DNA from: Candidatus Thorarchaeota archaeon
GTDB taxonomy: Archaea > Asgardarchaeota > Thorarchaeia > Thorarchaeales > Thorarchaeaceae
Assembly: GCA_016840855.1 (NCBI GenBank)
Contig: JAEORO010000069.1
Span: 1 to 64,000 of the forward strand
Direction: 5' to 3'
DNA length: 64,000 nt
Part shown: in pieces, positions 40,446 through 49,074 of the stretch
How positions within the stretch are numbered: position 1 is the stretch's first letter
How the letters are laid out: each line of letters begins with the position of its first letter
Made by a program: the position numbers and the translations under genes
The notes under the pieces: generated by a model
What the model was told of the DNA's origin: nothing
What the model saw: the letters and a program-made list of their open reading frames with translations, nothing else
Database searches by the model: none

Positions 40446-41101
40446 AAAGTGTGTGGAACAAGGAAAATACAATGAAACTGATTCATGATACAGCACTTAT
40501 TCCAATAATCCGTGTTGAGTCGGCAGATATTGCATTCAAAGTGGCGGATGCATTTCTGCAAGGCGGAGTCAATATTATAGAAGTGACCATGAGTGTTCCG
40601 GGTGCAATAGATGTCATGAAACAGCTTTTGGAGAATTATGGGAAAAAAGTCCTAATTGGTACAGGAACAGTGGTGGACAGCAAAATGGCGAAAGAAGCCA
40701 TCAAAGCTGGTAGTAAATTCATAGTCAGTCCGAATTCTTCTAAGAGTCTGATTGAAACCGCTAACAAACACTCGACACCCATAATTCCTGGAGCTCTTAC
40801 ACCAACTGAGATATTCAATGCGTATTCAATGGGTGCAGATGCTGTGAAAGTCTTTCCATGTGGAAATGTAGGAGGTGCAGAGTATCTAAAGGCCATAAGA
40901 GCACCATTACCGCATATTCCTCTTGTTCCAACTGGAGGAGTCGATTTAGATTCTGCAGGACCAATGCTTGAAGCAGGTGCTTTTGCGTTAGGAGTAGGTG
41001 GAGCCATAACAGACAAGAAAGCAATCAAGGAAGGTAAGTATGAGGTCATCACTGAAAATGTGAAAAAATTCCTTGAGATTGTGAAGGAATATCGAAGTTA
41101 G
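40442..41101 (+). CDS. eda: KDPG/KHG aldolase
   Basis: IEVT, GTGTV, FIVSP, TPTE, Schiff-base KVFP and PTGGV. Confidence 0.93.
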   Translation: MKSVWNKENTMKLIHDTALIPIIRVESADIAFKVADAFLQGGVNIIEVTMSVPGAIDVMKQLLENYGKKVLIGTGTVVDSKMAKEAIKAGSKFIVSPNSSKSLIETANKHSTPIIPGALTPTEIFNAYSMGADAVKVFPCGNVGGAEYLKAIRAPLPHIPLVPTGGVDLDSAGPMLEAGAFALGVGGAITDKKAIKEGKYEVITENVKKFLEIVKEYRS

Positions 41102-41943
41102 CTATTGGTTCGTAGGATGGCAATCATGTGAGTGCCACCATCTATTGCACCAGGCTCCTTGCAGAACTCAAGTTCCCATTTCAGGAACATGTTCCACTTC
41201 TCTTCATCACCCATTAACTCTGTAAGGTATTCCTCATTAAACAAACCTGTTGATAGAAAATTTGCTGCCGATATGTCTAGAATTTCAACAGGATATCTAG
41301 AAAGAAGTTCTCGATATTCACTCCAGCGAAACATATGGCATTGATGAGTTCCTTTGTCTGCCATCTTTCCTAGGACATCTCCTGTATCCACGATGGCATC
41401 GAAATTCTCCAAGCCCATATGATCCCATTCATCAAAGACATTCCTGATGAGATGATGAAATGTACCAAGACATGACATCACACTGGTGAGGATGATTCCA
41501 CCAGGTTTTGTTACTCTGATCACCTCGTCCAAAGCCTGGTTAACGAATTCAAGAACATAGCTTAGAGGACCGCCAAATACCACTGTTGAGTCAAATTCAT
41601 TGTCAGGGATTCCATCTAGATTGAGAATATCTAATTTCCGTCTCCACTCAATGCAATCTTCATATCCAGCTTCTCTGACTTTGTCTTCATTCATCTTCAG
41701 CTGCGCGTTGGCAATATCAACTATCCCAATTCTAGCTCCTATCTTTGCCAGTTCAATCGTAAACCTACCTGGACCAGGCCCTATCTCAAGAACTCGATCA
41801 CCTTTCTTGATGTACTTCCGAAGATAGTATTGGTGAATATGAAACTGAACCTTACCTCTAGGAGTTCGGTCGAGTCGTTCCCATTCTAGATGAGCGTCTT
41901 TGTCAAAATGACCTTCAATTATCTTCGAGTCGTACTTTTTCAT
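41098..41943 (-). CDS. Class I SAM-dependent methyltransferase
   Basis: EWERL, VLEIGPGPGRF and RVTKPGG. Confidence 0.9.
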   Translation of the reverse strand: MKKYDSKIIEGHFDKDAHLEWERLDRTPRGKVQFHIHQYYLRKYIKKGDRVLEIGPGPGRFTIELAKIGARIGIVDIANAQLKMNEDKVREAGYEDCIEWRRKLDILNLDGIPDNEFDSTVVFGGPLSYVLEFVNQALDEVIRVTKPGGIILTSVMSCLGTFHHLIRNVFDEWDHMGLENFDAIVDTGDVLGKMADKGTHQCHMFRWSEYRELLSRYPVEILDISAANFLSTGLFNEEYLTELMGDEEKWNMFLKWELEFCKEPGAIDGGTHMIAILRTNS

Positions 41944-42086
41944 TACTCTTCACTCCTCTCCAACACATAAAGAAAGCGAAATGGTGTACTAAAAGCATAT
42001 GGTCAACCCTGATTGTTTAGAAAAAACCGGGAAAGGAAACAACTAAATCATCCTTTAGCTGCACGATGCCCTCGGAGTATTGAGAG

Positions 42087-42413
42087 ATGACTCAAGACTT
42101 ACTTGAACTCATGCAGGAAAGAATTACTATTGGACTTGAACGAGAGAAGACATTAGAAGCCATCGAAGGATGGGAGCGAACAGCACAACTGAGCTTGAAA
42201 GAAGGGCCAGAATATCACTTCATTGTAAAAGATAACAACATCACAGTTCATGAAGGTCCTATAGACAATCCTGACATGAGAATACAAAGCGATGAGGATA
42301 CAATTCGAAAACTATTCCTTGAGGAAATGAGCGCAGCATCAGCACTACTGAAAAGGAAGCTGAAAGTGAAAGGTTCGGCTTCAGACCTTATGAAAATAAG
42401 ACATATCTTCTAG
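42087..42413 (+). CDS. SCP2 sterol/lipid-binding domain protein
   Basis: PDMRI, ALLKRKLKVKGS pattern; first gene of an operon. Confidence 0.85.
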   Translation: MTQDLLELMQERITIGLEREKTLEAIEGWERTAQLSLKEGPEYHFIVKDNNITVHEGPIDNPDMRIQSDEDTIRKLFLEEMSAASALLKRKLKVKGSASDLMKIRHIF

Positions 42414-42441
42414 CAGTAGGTCATCTTCTGGAGGACATAGT

Positions 42442-43863
42442 TTGGATAAGACGATAGTGGAAGAACTATCAAAGATTGTTGGTGAAGAATATATCTCTAC
42501 GAGAAGAGATGTACTTCTTGCTTATTCCACTTCTGCGTCAATGAGTTATGATACTGTAATGCCAAGTGCAGTAGTCAGACCAGGAACGACAGAAGAAGTA
42601 TCAAGAGTTCTAAAAGTAGCAAACAAATACAAGATTCCCGTGACACCAAGATCTGGTGGTTCAAGTCTCCAAGGTGAAGTCATTCCAGAAGCAGATAGTC
42701 TAGTAGTCGAACTTTTGAGACTTGATGATATTGTCTTGTATAAGGATCTACGGTCAGTTACAGTTGGAGCAGGTGTTACTTTTGGTGCCTTAGATAAGTA
42801 TCTGAATGAACATGACCTCTGGGTTCCGTTCTATCCAGGATCTTCTTTGGTTGCAACATATGCAGGAAATGTTGCTGTAAATGGAGCAGGGTTTGGGTCA
42901 GGAGTCTTTGGATGTATAGCAGAACTCGTGATGGGGCTTGAAGTTGTTCTACCAGATGGAACTATTATCCAAACAGGTTCTGAAGCGAATCCTAACTCAC
43001 CAGGACCCTTCCTGCGGTATGCCTTTGGTCCAGACCTCACGGGTCTTTTCATAGGGTCTCTTGGTAGCTTTGGAATCATCACAAAGGTCTCTCTGAAGAC
43101 TCATAAAAGAATGAGATTCTTTGATTATAACACATATGGGTTCGACGAAGTTGAGAATGCAGAGAGATTCTTGTTAGAGTTGAAAGAGAACGAGATCAAT
43201 GCTATTTGGATGGCTCTTTATGAGGGTAGTATTCTTGATTTCTTTCTTGATATGGTAGGTGAAGAGTATGGTGTTCCAGAATATGATTGGCCAAAGTTCA
43301 CTGTGTCTGTGGCTATAGGACGAGTAAGGATAGATCAACTCAAGAGTGATATGAGAGCTGCAAAATCCGTTTGCGAACAATTAGGTGGACATGTCATCGG
43401 AATCAAGGAACTACCTAAGAACGAGTGGGAGGACCGCATGAGAGAGCTTGCAAGGTCTTCATATGTTCATGGTTGGCACTGGCGAATCCTTTACCATCAC
43501 CAAACGCCTATCAATTGGCACAAATCAGTAGAATCTTTGTGGTCAGTTATGGATGAGTATGGTGTCCTTGGACACACAGCAGGGTTCCAATCAGGGCATG
43601 CTAGCTACAACTTATATCCGCAGCTATATTTCGACCCGCAGGATAAGGAGGAGGAAATGAAAGTCAAAGAGGCTCACAGAGACCTCTGTCACCGACTTTT
43701 CAAAACAGGAGCAGTACCTTTCAAGCTGGCAAGATACTGGGTAGATGGAATTTCTGAGATGGACAGTTATCTCCAATTTTTAAACGAAATGAAGAGGAAT
43801 GTTGATTCAAATGAGATTCTGAATCCAGGAATTCTGCCAAAACCGAAGGGAGGGGAAAACTAG
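42442..43863 (+). CDS. FAD-linked oxidase (GlcD/AGPS-like), paralog A
   Basis: PRSGGSS, EVVLPDG, GPDLTGLFIGSLG and ILNPG. Confidence 0.9.
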   Translation: MDKTIVEELSKIVGEEYISTRRDVLLAYSTSASMSYDTVMPSAVVRPGTTEEVSRVLKVANKYKIPVTPRSGGSSLQGEVIPEADSLVVELLRLDDIVLYKDLRSVTVGAGVTFGALDKYLNEHDLWVPFYPGSSLVATYAGNVAVNGAGFGSGVFGCIAELVMGLEVVLPDGTIIQTGSEANPNSPGPFLRYAFGPDLTGLFIGSLGSFGIITKVSLKTHKRMRFFDYNTYGFDEVENAERFLLELKENEINAIWMALYEGSILDFFLDMVGEEYGVPEYDWPKFTVSVAIGRVRIDQLKSDMRAAKSVCEQLGGHVIGIKELPKNEWEDRMRELARSSYVHGWHWRILYHHQTPINWHKSVESLWSVMDEYGVLGHTAGFQSGHASYNLYPQLYFDPQDKEEEMKVKEAHRDLCHRLFKTGAVPFKLARYWVDGISEMDSYLQFLNEMKRNVDSNEILNPGILPKPKGGEN

Positions 43864-45270
43864 ATGGATGCGAAAATAGTTGCTGGTTTCGAGGAGATTG
43901 TAGGTAAAGAATTCGTGTCCACAAAAGCAGATGTGCTACTCACTTATTCTCAAACAGCATCTATGGCTGCAGATCCAGTTATTCCTGAATTGGTTATTCG
44001 TCCAGCGAATACAGAGCAGGTTTCCAAAATACTGATGCTAGCGAACGAGCACAAGATACCAGTAGTTCCAAGATCGGGTGGTTCAAGTCTGCAACAGGAA
44101 GCTATACCAAAACCAGGTTCAATTGTCATAGAACTCCTGCGGTTAACAGAAATTAAACTCTACAAAGACCTCCGATCAGTAGCCGTAGGTGCTGGAATTA
44201 CCTATGGTGAATTGGATAAATTCCTTAGCAAGCATGATCTTTTTTTGCCTGTGTGCCCGGAATCTGCGCTTGTCTGTACAGTCGCAGGGAATATTGCAGT
44301 AAATGGCGCAGGACCTGGCTCAAGCCTGTATGGATGTACTGGGGAGATGGTTCTTGGACTTGAAGTTGTTTTGCCTAACGGTTCGATTATCCAAACAGGC
44401 TCTGAAGCCAATCCTTATGCTCCAGGACCATTTATTAGATATGCATTTGGCTCAGACATCACAGGTCTCTTCATTGGCTCACTTGGCAGTTTTGGTATTA
44501 TCACAAGAGCATCTATGAAGATATTCAGACGACCAAAATATCTAGATTATAATTTGTACGGATTTGATACTGCAGAGCAAGCAGAACAATTTCTGGACGA
44601 GATAAAACAGAATGATATTAGCGGCCTTTTTACCTCAATATATTCTGGTGAGGTTCTTAGTTTATTTTGGGACTTATTGGCAGAGGAGTTTGGTTACCCA
44701 ACCATTGAATTTCAGAATCGGTCAGTATCGATGACAATTGGCAGAAATCGTGAAGACTTAGTGAAGAGTGATGCTAAACTTGCGTCTGAAATCTGCAAGA
44801 GTCTTGGAGGAAGGGTTTTGGATGCGAAGGAACTTATTCATTTTGAATGGGAAGGTCGTCTATGGAATTTTGTGAGAGCTTGCTATGCTCACGGATGGCA
44901 CTGGCGAACAATATACCACCATCAAGCTCCTAGAAATTCCCACAAATCAGTTGATCTAATCATGGAAGCGATGGACCGGTATGGGTTCATGGGACACACT
45001 GCTGGTTTTCAAACTGGACATTCTTCTATGAACATGTATCCTCACATGTACTTTGATCCACAAGATAAAGAGGAAGAGATGAAAGTGCGTAATGCTCACA
45101 AAGAACTTGCCAAATCCCTCTTCAAATCTGGTGCAGTGCCCTTCAAACTTGCTGAGTATTGGAAAGATGCGATTGAAGACATGGATGATTATATGACATT
45201 TCTCAAGTTAATCAAGCATACAATTGACCCGAATAACATAATGAATCCTAGAGTACTTGGAGGAATCTAG
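43864..45270 (+). CDS. FAD-linked oxidase (GlcD/AGPS-like), paralog B
   Basis: Tandem paralog of A, sharing identical blocks HGWHWR, YHHQ, YFDPQDKEEEMKV and GAVPFKLA. Confidence 0.9.
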   Translation: MDAKIVAGFEEIVGKEFVSTKADVLLTYSQTASMAADPVIPELVIRPANTEQVSKILMLANEHKIPVVPRSGGSSLQQEAIPKPGSIVIELLRLTEIKLYKDLRSVAVGAGITYGELDKFLSKHDLFLPVCPESALVCTVAGNIAVNGAGPGSSLYGCTGEMVLGLEVVLPNGSIIQTGSEANPYAPGPFIRYAFGSDITGLFIGSLGSFGIITRASMKIFRRPKYLDYNLYGFDTAEQAEQFLDEIKQNDISGLFTSIYSGEVLSLFWDLLAEEFGYPTIEFQNRSVSMTIGRNREDLVKSDAKLASEICKSLGGRVLDAKELIHFEWEGRLWNFVRACYAHGWHWRTIYHHQAPRNSHKSVDLIMEAMDRYGFMGHTAGFQTGHSSMNMYPHMYFDPQDKEEEMKVRNAHKELAKSLFKSGAVPFKLAEYWKDAIEDMDDYMTFLKLIKHTIDPNNIMNPRVLGGI

Positions 45271-45272
45271 TA

Positions 45273-46433
45273 ATGACAGAGATTGACCTCGATGACCTCA
45301 TTGAGAACCTGATGCAATGCCGAAGATGCGGGATTTGCAGAAATGCTGTGTATGAAGACAGAGGATTTGATGGAGTCTGTCCAGTCTGGAAAAACTCGTA
45401 TGGATTTGAAACTAGTTTCATGCGTGGTAGAATTCAAGTTGCATTAGCTCTCCTTGAGGGCACTCTAGAGAGAACAGCAGAGAATGCTGAAGCACTATTT
45501 ACTTGCACACTATGTGGGAACTGCACTGAAATCTGTGCCGCTGAATTTGATCCAACAGATTGTCTCGAAAAAGTCAGAGAAGTTCTTAATGAAATTCCAA
45601 ATGATGTTCGGGATGAGCTCACGAAGAGGATAATGGAATATAACAATCCCTATACAGAGAGTGGTTTAACCAAGCGTGACTGGACTGCAGAAGTTGGTTT
45701 TGAAATCCCACTCAAAGGCGAAATTCTCTATTATACTGGATGTACTGCAGCAACAAAACTACCAAACATTGCTAAATCAACGGTGAAAATCCTTAAAGCT
45801 GCTGGAGTCGATTTTGGAGTCCTCGCAGACGAGCCATGTTGTGGTAGTGTTATGTTGAGGACTGGGAGAAGAACAGATGCGACTTTAAATGCTGAAAAGT
45901 TTGCTGAGAGAATGAGGGATGAAGGAATCAAAAAAATCGTTGTAACCTGTGCTGGATGTCTTAATACACTGCGAGAAGATTATCCAAAGCTCAAAGTGAA
46001 TATTCCTGAAGCGAAGCATGTGGTTGAAGTCCTTCCCAGAATAATCCGAGAGAAGAAACTCAAATTGAAACCTCTTGGCAGAGATATTAAAGTTACATAT
46101 CACGATCCATGTCATCTCTCCAGAGCTTTAGGGCTATATGAAGAACCAAGAGATTTAATCAAAATGATTCCAGGTCTACAGCTTGTGGAAATGGAAACCA
46201 CAAGAGAAACTGCTATGTGCTGTGGAGCAGGTGGTGGACTTCGTTCTTTTGATTCAGAACTTTCAAAGAGAATAGCAGCTGATAGGGTGAAAAGTGCTCA
46301 TACAGTAGAAGCAGAAATGATTGTGACTTCTTGTCCGTTCTGTGAGCATAATCTCAAAGAAGGAGCTAGAAAAATAAACAGCTCTGTGCGTGTAGTTGAT
46401 GTTGTGGATCTTCTAGCTGAAAGTCTAGATTGA
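45273..46433 (+). CDS. GlcF/HdrD-like Fe-S oxidoreductase with CCG domains
   Basis: CRRCGIC, CTLCGNC...C, CCGS, YHDPCH, CCGAGGG and CPFC. Confidence 0.9.
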   Translation: MTEIDLDDLIENLMQCRRCGICRNAVYEDRGFDGVCPVWKNSYGFETSFMRGRIQVALALLEGTLERTAENAEALFTCTLCGNCTEICAAEFDPTDCLEKVREVLNEIPNDVRDELTKRIMEYNNPYTESGLTKRDWTAEVGFEIPLKGEILYYTGCTAATKLPNIAKSTVKILKAAGVDFGVLADEPCCGSVMLRTGRRTDATLNAEKFAERMRDEGIKKIVVTCAGCLNTLREDYPKLKVNIPEAKHVVEVLPRIIREKKLKLKPLGRDIKVTYHDPCHLSRALGLYEEPRDLIKMIPGLQLVEMETTRETAMCCGAGGGLRSFDSELSKRIAADRVKSAHTVEAEMIVTSCPFCEHNLKEGARKINSSVRVVDVVDLLAESLD

Positions 46434-46473
46434 AAAGAAGTGGGGGAGAAACTACGAGTGTAGTCCTACCCCA
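46432..46473 (-). terminator. Stem-loop downstream of ssb
   Basis: Minus strand TGGGG-T-AGGACTAC-ACTC-GTAGTTTCT-CCCCCA, then CTTCTTTTC. Confidence 0.55.
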
Positions 46474-46496
46474 ACTAATATGATTTCAATTTAGGA

Positions 46497-47009
46497 TTAG
46501 TAGCCATCGCTTCTATCGCGATAGCCACCGCTACGACGACGATCCCGGCCCCCATAACCACGGTCTCGACCGTAGCCTCCGCCTCCGCCGCCTCTTCCAT
46601 ATCCACGACCGCCACCACCATATCTTGGGCGACGCTCATGTTCCTGCTCACTCATGTCAACCTCACTATTTACCTCTTCGATAGCTGTTTCAGCTTCCTT
46701 TAGAGTACCATAGCGGCCGATATTGAGTCTTAAATGACCTTGAAAGAGGGTTGTGTACCCGTTCTCGAGTCGATAGGTCTTCTCAACTTCAACCTCATCA
46801 ATTGAGGTGTCCCAAAGGGGTACTGTCACAAGACCAGTATTGTCACCTACAATTGTATCACACACACGGTGTTGTTCTCCGTCAGCTCTGGATGCTACCT
46901 CCCTGACTTCACCTTTTTCAATTACCTTGAATGAAATGTTCACACTCTTCATTCTTGGCTTTAGTTCTGAAATTTGAGCTTCGATTGGCTCTCTATCTTG
47001 ATATCCCAT
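46497..47009 (-). CDS. ssb: Single OB-fold ssDNA-binding protein (crenarchaeal SSB/RPA type) with RGG/YGG tail
   Basis: VGDNTG, LWD, NGYTTLFQGHLRLNIGRYG and a low-complexity C-terminal tail. Confidence 0.92.
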   Translation of the reverse strand: MGYQDREPIEAQISELKPRMKSVNISFKVIEKGEVREVASRADGEQHRVCDTIVGDNTGLVTVPLWDTSIDEVEVEKTYRLENGYTTLFQGHLRLNIGRYGTLKEAETAIEEVNSEVDMSEQEHERRPRYGGGGRGYGRGGGGGGYGRDRGYGGRDRRRSGGYRDRSDGY

Positions 47010-47167
47010 GGTCTATCACCTTGGATTTGCAGGCTTTCAAAAGTAGAATCTTCCTCAGGGATCGCAAAGCTGTGCCTGGAACTCTGGAGCATGTGATTCA
47101 ATAATTTGAGGGCACTGCTGAGTTATGAAATAAATGAATCCCCTATAAGAATTCCCCATATAACATA

Positions 47168-47233
47168 AAAAGAGGTGGACGAAGGCGACACCGATGTGCC
47201 CGATTTTTTTGGGCTCGAGGTCCACCCTCTTTT
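47168..47233. terminator. Branched stem-loop flanked by A- and T-runs (bidirectional terminator-like)
   Basis: AAAAGAG-GTGGAC pairs with GTCCAC-C-CTCTTTT and encloses two small hairpins. Confidence 0.5.
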
Positions 47234-47246
47234 AGTTATTTTGAAC

Positions 47247-47414
47247 ATGAGTGGCGCTCCAGTACACACATTGCCAAGACACTTCTCTGAACCCTCGGGG
47301 GTGAGAGCACGAATTTCCCTGCAGATGGACATTCGTATACGCCAGTGCAATGCGGTCGCATCGTTCCCACGACTCTTCGACGATGCGTGGAGCAATGGGG
47401 CGTCTGCCATTCGT
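47247..47414. ncRNA. Candidate structured non-coding RNA of unknown family
   Basis: GC-rich island in an AT-rich intergenic region with six perfectly nested helices (see findings). The overlapping ORFs match no family I recognise. Strand unresolved. Confidence 0.55.
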
Positions 47415-47536
47415 CCGAAATAATGTATGCAACATACCAACATAAGTCCTTCCCCAACAGATAAAATGCGAAAACTATTCTATATCCATAGAATAACTTA
47501 TAAGAAATCCAGAGGTTTTGACGATTAGAGCCAGAG

Positions 47537-48613
47537 GTGGCATATTTGAACGGAATAAAGGTCGCAATTGTTGGAGTTGGCAACTGCGCAAGTGCACTTG
47601 TGCAAGGTGTTGAATTCTACAAGGATGCAAAAGCAGATGGTGATGTCATAGGCTTAACACATCCAGACTTTGCTGGTTATCATGTAAAGGACATTCGTTT
47701 TGTAGCAGCATTTGATGTAGCAGACACAAAAGTAGGCTTTGACCTAGCAGAAGCTATTTTCGCCAAACCAAACAATGTGATGCGTTTTGCAGAAGTGCCA
47801 ACAACCGGAGTCAAGGTCAGGAAAGGACAAGCGCTTGATGGAGTAGACGATATGCTCAAAGCATTAGTGAAAATCTCATCAGAAAAGGATACAGATGTTG
47901 TGAAAGTCCTCAAAGACTCTGGTGCAGAGATACTCATCAATCTAATTCCAGGTTCAGCTGAAGAAGCAACTAAGTTCTATGCGAAAGCAGCTCTTGATGC
48001 AGGATGTGCATACATAAATGGCACACCAATACCGATTGCTTCTGATTTGGAATGGAGTAAGAAATTCGAAGAGAAAGGACTTCCTCTTGTGGGAGATGAT
48101 ATTCAGGATCAATTGGGTTCAACAGTCTTTCATCGTAACATTTTACAGCTTCTTGTATCAAGAGGTGTCAGGGTGGATAAAAGCTATCAATTGGATGTAG
48201 GCGGTGGTGCAGAGTCACTCGATTCGCATTATAGGGGTCGAATGAGAAAACGAGGAGTGAAGAGTGAAGCCATCAGTCAGGATTTACCATATGATGCACC
48301 TCTAGTTGCTGGCTCAAGCGATTACGTTGATTTCATGGCTAACGCTAGAGACTCCTACTTTTACATCAATGGCCGACAATTTGGTGGAGCACCTATCAAA
48401 ATAGACATCCGAATGGAAGTTACTGATGGGCCAAATGCAGGTCCTATTTTAATGGATGCAATAAGAGGAACTAAGCTTGCTTTAAAGAGAGGTCTTGGCG
48501 GGTCTCTAGAATCAATCTCAGCTTATGGGTTTAAGATGCCTCCTGCTCCTACAACAATGTATCGAGCTGAAAGATGGGTTGAGGAGTTTCTATTAGGAAA
48601 AAGAAAGCTCTAG
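47537..48613 (+). CDS. ino1: myo-inositol-1-phosphate synthase
   Basis: GVGNCASALVQG, AAFDV..KVG.DL, GDDI, YQLDVGG and DGPNAG. Confidence 0.92.
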   Translation: MAYLNGIKVAIVGVGNCASALVQGVEFYKDAKADGDVIGLTHPDFAGYHVKDIRFVAAFDVADTKVGFDLAEAIFAKPNNVMRFAEVPTTGVKVRKGQALDGVDDMLKALVKISSEKDTDVVKVLKDSGAEILINLIPGSAEEATKFYAKAALDAGCAYINGTPIPIASDLEWSKKFEEKGLPLVGDDIQDQLGSTVFHRNILQLLVSRGVRVDKSYQLDVGGGAESLDSHYRGRMRKRGVKSEAISQDLPYDAPLVAGSSDYVDFMANARDSYFYINGRQFGGAPIKIDIRMEVTDGPNAGPILMDAIRGTKLALKRGLGGSLESISAYGFKMPPAPTTMYRAERWVEEFLLGKRKL

Positions 48614-48617
48614 GAAA

Positions 48618-49022
48618 TTATCTGTGTTGCTTAAGATACTCATCAAGCATTGATTTTAATGGATCAAGTTTACTAATGACAAGAAATTCGGTGTCTTCTC
48701 CTATCTCACTCAAAGTTTCATTGAAGGATATTACACTGTGAAAATCTTGGATAAGATTCTCTTTTGCAGCTTTGGTTCGAGCCGATGGGTCATAGACAAC
48801 AATTTTATTTTCTGGCTCAAAATTCACAACTACACTCCTACTGAGGTACATGACCTTCTTACACTTCGGGCATTGGACTCGATTTGCTTTGCCAGCTTTT
48901 AGGGCTTTGATCATATCGCGGTCTTCTGAAAGATCAATATGATCTACTACATTTGCTTCATAGACATTCTTGCATTTAGCGCATTTTATTTCTGCTAAAC
49001 TTGTACTGGCCAAAATTCTCAC
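48618..49022 (-). CDS. CpXC-domain zinc-binding protein
   Basis: CAKC...DHIDL...CPKC pattern. Confidence 0.75.
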   Translation of the reverse strand: MRILASTSLAEIKCAKCKNVYEANVVDHIDLSEDRDMIKALKAGKANRVQCPKCKKVMYLSRSVVVNFEPENKIVVYDPSARTKAAKENLIQDFHSVISFNETLSEIGEDTEFLVISKLDPLKSMLDEYLKQHR

Positions 49023-49074
49023 CTAGACTATTTTGAATTCCTTGATAGTACACTTAAGAATTATGCACCGAACA

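Noticed and set aside
47247-47414. RNase P, SRP RNA, lysine/cobalamin riboswitch or SECIS identity for the structured element
   Set aside because: Only isolated words match (GGAGCAA, GGAGCGCC, AATGGGGC). The required partner motifs and topology are missing, and no in-frame TGA selenoprotein was seen nearby.
47123-47583. Four overlapping short ORFs in the ssb-ino1 gap
   Set aside because: No recognisable family or convincing SD. Open frames are expected in a GC-rich patch, and nested base-pairing explains the region better. The Cys/His-rich minus frame is not fully excluded.
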